A DNA stretch of 64,000 bases from Clostridia bacterium (GTDB taxonomy: Bacteria > Bacillota > Clostridia > TANB77 > CAG-508): NCBI GenBank assembly GCA_017511265.1, contig JAFWKV010000001.1:553-64552 (forward strand). The letters run 5' to 3'. The notes beneath the pieces were generated by a model. It was not told the DNA's origin and did not search any database. It worked only from the letters and a program-made list of their open reading frames with translations. The position numbers were made by a program, and so were the translations under genes. Position 1 is the stretch's first letter, and each line of letters starts with the position of its first letter. Of this stretch, positions 47,201 to 53,488 are shown one piece after another.

Positions 47201-50200
47201 TATCGTTTACATTACTTGTATCAATTTCACTTACATCCAATGTGCTTACATTTTTACAATTATAAAATAGAAATTCCATATCAGTTACTTTGCTTGTGTT
47301 AAGGTTCGATAAGTTTAACGTAGCATTAATACTATTTCCTATATATGCAAATAAATATGCTGAGCTTGAGTTAGCAAATACTCCACCATTTTGTCCTATT
47401 ACTACATCATAGCCATTTGTGTTATCACCAGTTGCCCATAGTAGCACTCCTCCATTACTTTGCTGTGATACGTCCCAACATGTTGTATTATCTACTGTAT
47501 GGCCATCTATTGATGTTGCAAATGATATGCTCTTTATTTTGTCTCTTGTTATGCTTGTACCTAAGAATGTTCCATCTGCTGTAGCAGTTGTGTTTGCTTT
47601 AAGATTTGCTTCTTGCCAATGTGCATAATAGGTTACATCCTGGTTTCCCATTATAGTATTTTCTGATATCTGTTCTCCATTTTCTGTGAACCATCCTAAA
47701 AATTGGTAACCTGTTTTTCTTGCTGTTGGTAATGTTCCAATTCTTGTATCTTCAGCTACTGTTCTTGTATCTTCGCTTGCTGTTCCACCATTTGCATTAA
47801 ATGTTACAGTATAATCTTTGTAGAAGTATTTTGATGTTATTGTTATGCCATCTCCAAGTTTTGATATTGGAACCGCAACTACAGGACGAATTCTTTTACT
47901 ATTTCCATAATAGTTATAACTAACGCTTCCTTTAATTTCAACAAACATTTCATTGCTTTTGTCATTAGCTGAAGGAGAAGATAGCCACCATGCTCCAGTA
48001 CTTGGAGAATATATTGCTTCATCCATTTCAGATGAATATCCTAATCCACTAACATAAAAACTATAGTTTTCTACCTCACCACCTGATGTATTTTTTCCTA
48101 TTTTATATCCTGTTGCATTTTCTTCTACACTACAATCTAATTGTATTTCATGTGTTGCATTATATGATGCAACAAACATTTCTAATGAAGGTGCTCCTAC
48201 TGCCCAAAGTGCATAGTCTGCTTTATAATCATTCCAATTTGTTGTGTCTAATAAAGTTTGCAAACCTTGTATATTACTATTTATATTTGTTCCATCTGAT
48301 TTTAATTCCCATGATGAGTTTTGTGTATATTTTTTGTTTATCTTTTCACCTACTGATGATATTGTAGACGTTCCAAATCCAGGTAAATTGTTTAGAGCAT
48401 TATTTCCAATACTATCAGATATCAAGTATGCATAATTATTATCTGCATAGAACAATCTCCATATTCTATTATCGACTGTGCTATTTCCTGTAGTATAACC
48501 TGTTACTATTTTACCAAAATCACTTGAATATGTTGAATTTACTGTACCTAGCTCTAAATATCCATTTGAAAAGTATCCTGGATTTGATGTACCCCCATCT
48601 ATGTGTGCATATGTGTGGTTTATATGAGATGCATCATATACTGTGCCTGCTCCTCCTACAAGTTTAGTTGAACCAGTAAACATATCTGTACTATTTTCTA
48701 CTGCTGTCGTAACAAAGCTTGATGATGCATATATTGTTGCCAAATTAGAGCAATTAGCAAACATAGTATTCATACTTTTAACTTTTGATGTGTTAAAGCT
48801 ACTTACATCTATTTCACTTAAGGCATAATCATATGCAAACATTCCTTCCATTGTAGTAACATTTGATGTATCAAGTCCACTTACATTCAAACTTGGTAGT
48901 GTTCTGCAATTATAGAACAGATAGCTCATATTTGTCACATTGCTTGTATCAAAGTTTGTTAAATCTATTGTGGCATCTATACTATTTCCTATATATGCAA
49001 ACAAATATGCTGAGCTAGCGTTTGCTACAACACCACCATTCTGTCCGATTACTACTTCATATCCATTTGTGTCATCTCCAGTTGCCCATAGTAAAACACC
49101 ACCATTACTCTGTTTTGAGACATCCCAACATGTTGTATTATCTACTGTGTGTCCATCTATTGAATTTGTAAACGATACTTTCTTTATTTTGTCTCTAGTT
49201 ATGCTTGTTCCAAGGAATGCTCCATTTTCTGTTGCTGTTGTATTTGCTTTTAGGTATGTTCCCCATTGTGCATATAATGTTACTGTTCCATTTTCTGTTG
49301 CAGTTAAATTGATTACTTCTTGTTTATCTAAATAAGTTGTTCCGCTTCCATCAGATGCAGTATTCCAGCATGCAAAAGGATAGTTTGGATGTTGGAATGT
49401 ATTTTGGCTTAAATTCTGTGCTGTATTATATGTAAATGTTTGTGCTTCCATTTCTCCTGTTGCATTTTCGTCATTTTTGTCAAAGTTAACTGTATATTTA
49501 AACGCTTCCCATTGTGCATACAGTGTATGTGCTCCTGTTTGTGTTACAGTTGTATCTGCTGTGATATAGTTAGGATTTTCTCCTGGATTTTGTTCTATTG
49601 TCCAACCTTTAAAGCTATAATTTTCTCTTGTTGGAATTGGTAAGGTTCCATATTTGCTATCATATTCTACTTCTATTTCACTTGGTTCTACTGTTATTCC
49701 GTCTCCTGCATTAAATGTTACTTTAAATTTATTTACTTCCCATTGTGCATACAGTGTATGTGCTTCTGTTTGTGTTACAGTTGTGTCTGCTGTGATATAG
49801 TTAGGATTTTCTCCTGGCTCTTGTTCTATTGTCCAACCTTTAAATCTATAATGTTCTCTTGTTGGGATTGGTAAGGTTCCATATTTTTTACCATATTCTA
49901 CTTCTATTTCACTTGGGTTTATTGTTATTCCGGTTCCTGCATTAAGCGTTACTAAATATTTATTTACCATATTTATAAGAATTGCTATGGTTTTGCCTTT
50001 ATTTTCTTCCTTTACAGTTAAAGTTATTGTATTAGGTGTATATTTATTAGCAACTACAGTAAGAACATTTCCGTTTATCTCTGCATGTATAAATTCATCC
50101 TCATAATTTTTTGAAAAATTGCTACTTTGTGCGGTATTTGCTATTGTATACTCACCTGAATCTTCTCCCATTATGTTTACAGTTCCAGTTTGCCCTTTAG

Positions 50201-51311
50201 ATAATGTTAATTCGGTTACATCTGCATAGATTGATGCTTCTCCAACTGTTAATTTTGCTATTCTTGTTGATAATTCCTTTCTATATGTTTGATTAGTTTG
50301 TACTATTTCACAATAATAATATGTATTATTCATATCCATTGTTGCTTCCGGAATTGTGTAAACAGCATTTGTTGCACCTTCAATTGCTACTTTGTTAGCA
50401 CCATCACTACTTGTGCATTTATACCATTGATATGTAATGCTTCCATTTCCTGTTTCAGCTACATTAAAACTAAATGTTGCTGGTTTTCCTTCGGCTACAA
50501 ATACGTCTTGTAAGTCATCAGCTATTGTCATTCTACTTATTACAACAGTAGTTTGGTTTACAGATTCGTTTCCTGCTGTATCGACAATTTTTACATACCA
50601 AACTCCCTCATTTAATACCTCTATAGTGCAATTTGGTTCTATTGTTTCAGTTTTTGCTATTTTCCAATCAACTTGGTTAACAGATGATCCCTGTCCATAA
50701 TAAATAGTATACTTTTTTATGTCTCCTGTTGTCTCGATATTATTTATATAAAGTTTGTTTTCAATTGATGATAGGTTAAATGATATTCCTGAGATTGGCT
50801 TTTTGTATTCAACATTATATCTATCATCATCCAATCCACTAACAGTCCATATAGTTTTTTCTTTATACTTGATTCCATCTAGAGAAATAACTTTTCTTCG
50901 TTTTACATTAACTAAAAATTCTTGATCTATATTTTTAAATCCCAAGCTTTCTATTGTAGCTTTATCATAATATCTATAATCTTCTTGATCTATAATTTCT
51001 TCTTCTATTCCTTCTAATTGTTTCTTTTCTTCTTTTGCTCCATCGAAGGCCTGCTTTTGTTTGTCTTGTTCTAAATCTTGTAGTGTTCTTCCCAATTGTA
51101 GAACAGAATCATCACCTTTTCTATAATTTTGTTCTAATTCATTTACCTTATCTTGCATCATTTGTAATTCTGTACCACGGGCAGCTAGTCTTGCATTTTC
51201 TATAGAGTCCCTTCCTGCTGTAATTCCTACTCCTGATAAGATTAATAATAATATAATTGTTATTACTAATGCTGCAAGTGTAATACCTTTGTTACTTACT
51301 AAATTGTTCAT
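44205..51311 (-). CDS. Giant (2368 aa) surface protein: pilin-like N-terminal signal, Listeria-Bacteroides (Flg_new) repeats, two BspA/DUF285-type LRR blocks, two beta-helix-like modules
   Basis: The N-terminus NKGITLAALVITIILLLILSG resembles a class III (prepilin) signal. YTVTFNANGG...GYxFxGW...YAxW units are Flg_new repeats. Runs of LxxFDTSNVTNMxxMFxxC are DUF285/BspA LRRs. GT/NG-rich segments look like a parallel beta-helix. Confidence 0.85.
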   Translation of the reverse strand: MNNLVSNKGITLAALVITIILLLILSGVGITAGRDSIENARLAARGTELQMMQDKVNELEQNYRKGDDSVLQLGRTLQDLEQDKQKQAFDGAKEEKKQLEGIEEEIIDQEDYRYYDKATIESLGFKNIDQEFLVNVKRRKVISLDGIKYKEKTIWTVSGLDDDRYNVEYKKPISGISFNLSSIENKLYINNIETTGDIKKYTIYYGQGSSVNQVDWKIAKTETIEPNCTIEVLNEGVWYVKIVDTAGNESVNQTTVVISRMTIADDLQDVFVAEGKPATFSFNVAETGNGSITYQWYKCTSSDGANKVAIEGATNAVYTIPEATMDMNNTYYYCEIVQTNQTYRKELSTRIAKLTVGEASIYADVTELTLSKGQTGTVNIMGEDSGEYTIANTAQSSNFSKNYEDEFIHAEINGNVLTVVANKYTPNTITLTVKEENKGKTIAILINMVNKYLVTLNAGTGITINPSEIEVEYGKKYGTLPIPTREHYRFKGWTIEQEPGENPNYITADTTVTQTEAHTLYAQWEVNKFKVTFNAGDGITVEPSEIEVEYDSKYGTLPIPTRENYSFKGWTIEQNPGENPNYITADTTVTQTGAHTLYAQWEAFKYTVNFDKNDENATGEMEAQTFTYNTAQNLSQNTFQHPNYPFACWNTASDGSGTTYLDKQEVINLTATENGTVTLYAQWGTYLKANTTATENGAFLGTSITRDKIKKVSFTNSIDGHTVDNTTCWDVSKQSNGGVLLWATGDDTNGYEVVIGQNGGVVANASSAYLFAYIGNSIDATIDLTNFDTSNVTNMSYLFYNCRTLPSLNVSGLDTSNVTTMEGMFAYDYALSEIDVSSFNTSKVKSMNTMFANCSNLATIYASSSFVTTAVENSTDMFTGSTKLVGGAGTVYDASHINHTYAHIDGGTSNPGYFSNGYLELGTVNSTYSSDFGKIVTGYTTGNSTVDNRIWRLFYADNNYAYLISDSIGNNALNNLPGFGTSTISSVGEKINKKYTQNSSWELKSDGTNINSNIQGLQTLLDTTNWNDYKADYALWAVGAPSLEMFVASYNATHEIQLDCSVEENATGYKIGKNTSGGEVENYSFYVSGLGYSSEMDEAIYSPSTGAWWLSSPSANDKSNEMFVEIKGSVSYNYYGNSKRIRPVVAVPISKLGDGITITSKYFYKDYTVTFNANGGTASEDTRTVAEDTRIGTLPTARKTGYQFLGWFTENGEQISENTIMGNQDVTYYAHWQEANLKANTTATADGTFLGTSITRDKIKSISFATSIDGHTVDNTTCWDVSQQSNGGVLLWATGDNTNGYDVVIGQNGGVFANSSSAYLFAYIGNSINATLNLSNLNTSKVTDMEFLFYNCKNVSTLDVSEIDTSNVNDMHYMFSNCQNVGTLNVSNFDTSNVTNLGNMFQNCSSLTSINVNHFNTSSVTNMQGMYQGCSGLTGLDLSNFDTTQVTNMSNIFDGCSGLTSLNISSFNTSMVTNMQAMLKNCSSLTTIELGGFDTGSVTTMEYMFYSCSGITTLNLSNFNTTNVTKINNMFQGCTDLITIYASSNFVTTGITDSANGNDMFIGATNIVGGAGTVYDASNVSYTYAHIDEGTSNPGYFTNGGYTITFDKNDASATGTMEPQTIPFNKTEKLRKNTFQKTNYSFAGWNTEPDGSGTRYTYQQEVNNLGNITLYAQWKTEKAEIEGTFYSTLQAAINAVTANGPQKTIILLRDTSEKLEVAAGKNIVFDLQDFTISNNGVNPVINNFGTLAISNGTITSSTTQGAINNKSKANLTISGGSIITTGTRQAIYNEGGTIEITGNAYLSSKATVETNKNRGTVHNTNGTVTISGGTIVSTNGTNNGIAVSNESKMTITGGTIRSESSAGTGLYNSKTTLTIGTKDGNMVMNTPIIQGKKYGLSSTVDLSFYDGVIKGITSATDNDQHLKNIEDDYVIAHKTETIDSDTYDVVYLKEKDTVTFDPNGGTIANGTRKVKPGDPVGTLPTATKSGYMLDGWYTSAEGGIKITENTIIDGDITFYAHWKSTYTVTFDPNGGKIINGTKLVESGTALGDLPKATRAGFQCDGWYTSKEGGESITEDTIINEDVTYYAHWTVVDTAEINDVSYNTLQEAVNQVPKDGTEVTINILTDSTEYVKTSAGQNIIINLQNNTLSNNGSSKVIDNYGTIKLTNGTINSVVQLSSTIDNYAGGTVIIDGVTMISTGERQAVYNNGGTVEIRGNSTISSTTTGNAPSGEPRGTIQNFNGGTVTIEDGTIILDTQGSITNAAITNSANSTVKIGKKDGTVNMSSPEIRGTTYGIINTGTIKFYDGIVKGVLGSVDGNIAEVEDNYERKDDTETINGTTYYTTYLTQINNGLLNNAANALSTFFSAFGQ

Positions 51312-51408
51312 TTTATTCCCCCAAAATTTTATCTATTGTTACAACTTTATTTAACCATAACAGGCACTTTTTTTCAATAGTTTTTTATTTATTTTTAAAT
51401 ATTTTTTT

Positions 51409-51436
51409 CTGTCTTTTGGGATGGGGCAAAAGACAG
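51409..51436. repeat. Solitary GGGAC-family hairpin
   Basis: CTGTCTTTTG-GGATGGGG-CAAAAGACAG, 4 nt beyond the rpe stop. No U-tract follows in the rpe direction. Confidence 0.65.
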
Positions 51437-51440
51437 CACT

Positions 51441-52097
51441 CTATCGTAGTTCATCAATTATTGTTTTGTAATTTGTTGCACTTAAAATAGCAGTACCAGA
51501 AACGAGAATATTGGCACCTGCTTGTTTTACGCTGTCAGCTGTACGAAGATTTATACCTCCATCTGCCTCAATGTCTGTTTCTAAGCCTTGCTTATCAATA
51601 TAATCTTTTAAAGTTTCTATCTTGTTCACCATATCAACAAGCAAGGTTTGCCCACCTTTACCTGGTTCTACTGTCATAACAAGACATAAATGAACATAAG
51701 GCAAAAATTTAAATACATTTTCTATTGGCGTGTTTGGCTTTACTGAGATTCCTACCTTGCAATTTAAATCTTTTATTAATTTTATCATTTCCATTACTTC
51801 TTCGTCATTTTTGCAAGCTTCTAAGTGAAATGTTATAATGTTTGGCTCTACTCCTGAAAAATCTAAAATAGCTTCTTTTACATCTTTAACCATTAAGTGT
51901 ACATCTAGTGGTAGGTTTGAAATTCTTTTTATGTATGATGCATATTCTAGCATTTTTTGGTATGTGTCTTTTTCTACAAATTTGCCATCCATTACGTCTA
52001 TGTGGAAATAGTCTGTTTTTGCTTGTTCTAGCGCTATGAATGTTTTTGATTCTTCTCCTTTTTTTACAGAAAGAATTGAGGTTGAAATTTCTATCAT
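51441..52097 (-). CDS. rpe: Ribulose-phosphate 3-epimerase
   Basis: Typical Rpe motifs (HIDVMDGKFV, LVMTVEPGKGGQ, DGGIN) and conserved rsgA-rpe synteny. Confidence 0.92.
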   Translation of the reverse strand: MIEISTSILSVKKGEESKTFIALEQAKTDYFHIDVMDGKFVEKDTYQKMLEYASYIKRISNLPLDVHLMVKDVKEAILDFSGVEPNIITFHLEACKNDEEVMEMIKLIKDLNCKVGISVKPNTPIENVFKFLPYVHLCLVMTVEPGKGGQTLLVDMVNKIETLKDYIDKQGLETDIEADGGINLRTADSVKQAGANILVSGTAILSATNYKTIIDELR

Positions 52098-52115
52098 TTT
52101 TTGTCTCCTTTTTTT

Positions 52116-52145
52116 GATGTTTTTTGGGACGGGGCAAAAAACATC
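52116..52145. repeat. Solitary GGGAC-family hairpin
   Basis: GATGTTTTTTG-GGACGGGG-CAAAAAACATC. It has the same loop as the unit at 51409 but a different stem word. Confidence 0.65.
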
Positions 52146-52215
52146 TTTTTATTAATTAAATCATAATATCATCTATTTTACAACTCTTAAGTCGAATTTT
52201 GTCGATGAAAAGTTC

Positions 52216-52244
52216 TTGCTTTTACGCTGTTTCCATAATATAAT
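52216..52244 (+). promoter_or_regulatory. Putative promoter of the 24-codon ORF
   Basis: TTGCTT (52216..52221), a 17-nt spacer, then TATAAT (52239..52244). Confidence 0.4.
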
Positions 52245-52289
52245 AATTACACCTCTTTATAGAGAGTATCTTTACAAGGAGGTGATGTT

Positions 52290-52364
52290 ATGACTAGTTA
52301 CGAATTAATCTTTTTCTTAATAATTTTATTATTAGAAAAAGATAATGACAAAAGTCAAGATTAG
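52290..52364 (+). CDS. 24-aa ORF with a strong SD (candidate small toxic or leader peptide)
   Basis: AAGGAGGTG lies 7 nt upstream of the ATG. The product is MTSYELIFFLIILLLEKDNDKSQD*, and a terminator follows directly. Confidence 0.4.
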   Translation: MTSYELIFFLIILLLEKDNDKSQD

Positions 52365-52379
52365 TACATAACTAATCAT

Positions 52380-52412
52380 AAAAAACAGGTAGCTGTAGAC
52401 TACCTGTTTTTT
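52380..52412. terminator. Bidirectional rho-independent terminator
   Basis: AAAAA-ACAGGTAG-CTGTAGA-CTACCTGT-TTTTT. The A-run and T-run flanks allow termination in both directions. Confidence 0.65.
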
Positions 52413-52466
52413 GTTATGTCTAGTTACGACTTAATAACAAAAGTCAATTTTGCAATTGCTAATATT

Positions 52467-52495
52467 ATAATACTATTTTTTTTCTCTTTTGTCAA
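52467..52495 (-). promoter_or_regulatory. Putative minus-strand promoter firing toward the bidirectional terminator (candidate antisense sRNA)
   Basis: The minus strand reads TTGACA (52495..52490), a 17-nt spacer, then TATTAT (52472..52467). Confidence 0.4.
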
Positions 52496-52536
52496 TATTT
52501 TTTGTCTTATTTTTCCAATTTTTATTTAAAATTTTA

Positions 52537-52633
52537 TGATACTTTTTCCTCCGTCCCCAAAGTATCAGCTTTTGCCTAATTTTTCCATTTTTTATTTCTA
52601 TGTGATACTTTTTCCTCCGTCCCCAAAGTATCA
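52537..52633. repeat. Tandem pair of GGGGACGGAGG-loop hairpins downstream of rsgA
   Basis: TGATACTTT-TTCCTCCGTCCCC-AAAGTATCA occurs at 52537..52567 and 52603..52633, within a ~65-bp tandem duplication. Confidence 0.8.
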
Positions 52634-52672
52634 TAAATTTTGCAAAAGTTGTTATACCTTTCTTTTGCAATT

Positions 52673-53476
52673 TTACCGCTGGGCTAGTGCAGCTTTTACA
52701 CCACAGTTTTTTTCTTTTATATGTGTGCAACCTACAAATTCACATTTTTCTACATAAGGTGCAATATCAATAAAATAATTTTCTAGGTCTTTTGCTTTTA
52801 TCTCATTTAGTTCAAAGTTTGCAAATCCTGGTGTGTCTGCTATAAATGTGTTGTTATCTAATTCATATAGTTTTACTTGTGTTGTTGTATTTTTTCCTTT
52901 TTTATTTTTTTTACTTATTTCACCTTCTAATGTAATGTCTTTATTGAACAATGCATTTATTGTTGTTGATTTTCCTACTCCTGAATTTCCAGAAAACGCA
53001 CTTATTTTTCCTTTTAGTACAGCTTTGACTTCTTCAATGCCTTCATTTGCTTTTGCATTTGTTGCTATAACTGTATATCCTGTTTTTGTATATATGTCCA
53101 CAATTTTTTTATATGTGTCTGCTAAGTCTATTTTATTTACTACTATTATTGGTTTTATTTGTAAATATTCCGCATATGCTAATTGTTTGTCTAGCATTAG
53201 CAAATCTGGCTTTGGGTGTTTTGTTGATATTATAAATATTATTTGTTCAATATTTGCTATTTTAGGTCTTTTTAATTGCATCTTTCTTGGCTGAATTTCG
53301 TTTATTATGCTGTCTATTTCTTTTTTGTCTTCTAGTTCTTCAATTTCTACTATATCCCCAACAAGAGGGGTTACCCCCTCTTGTTTAAATTTGCCTCTAG
53401 CACTTGCTGAATACACATTGCCATTAGCTTTTACTTTATACAAATTTGAAATATTTTCTATAATTATTCCTTGCAA
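52673..53476 (-). CDS. rsgA: Ribosome small-subunit GTPase RsgA (CpgA), with the C-terminal tail out of frame
   Basis: OB fold, circularly permuted GTPase (NKIDL, GNSGVGKST) and zinc motif CEFVGCTHIKEKNC. The expected tail GKIAKERYNNFCKIY lies in another frame (to 52576). Confidence 0.88.
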   Translation of the reverse strand: MQGIIIENISNLYKVKANGNVYSASARGKFKQEGVTPLVGDIVEIEELEDKKEIDSIINEIQPRKMQLKRPKIANIEQIIFIISTKHPKPDLLMLDKQLAYAEYLQIKPIIVVNKIDLADTYKKIVDIYTKTGYTVIATNAKANEGIEEVKAVLKGKISAFSGNSGVGKSTTINALFNKDITLEGEISKKNKKGKNTTTQVKLYELDNNTFIADTPGFANFELNEIKAKDLENYFIDIAPYVEKCEFVGCTHIKEKNCGVKAALAQR

Positions 53477-53488
53477 TCTTTTTCTCCT

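Noticed and set aside
51409-51436. Interpreting all GGGAC-family hairpins as ordinary intrinsic terminators.
   Set aside because: Some related structures do look like terminators (26150..26192, 32438..32466, 43427..43472), with GGGAC/GTCCC in the stem plus a U-tract. The family described in the findings has AT-rich stems and G+C-rich conserved loops. It often lacks a U-tract in the direction of the upstream gene.
51886-52137. 83-aa basic ORF overlapping the 5' part of rpe in another frame.
   Set aside because: It is fully embedded in the well-supported rpe gene and extends into a repeat hairpin. The Lys/Arg-rich translation is typical of an out-of-frame AT-rich sequence.
52416-52529. 37-aa very hydrophobic + strand ORF (MSSYDLITKVNFAIANIIILFFFSFVNIFCLIFPIFI) starting in the second copy of the small-ORF repeat.
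   Set aside because: It has no Shine-Dalgarno, and it starts immediately after a terminator. The hydrophobicity is what AT-rich (T-rich) sequence yields by chance. It also overlaps the predicted antisense promoter.
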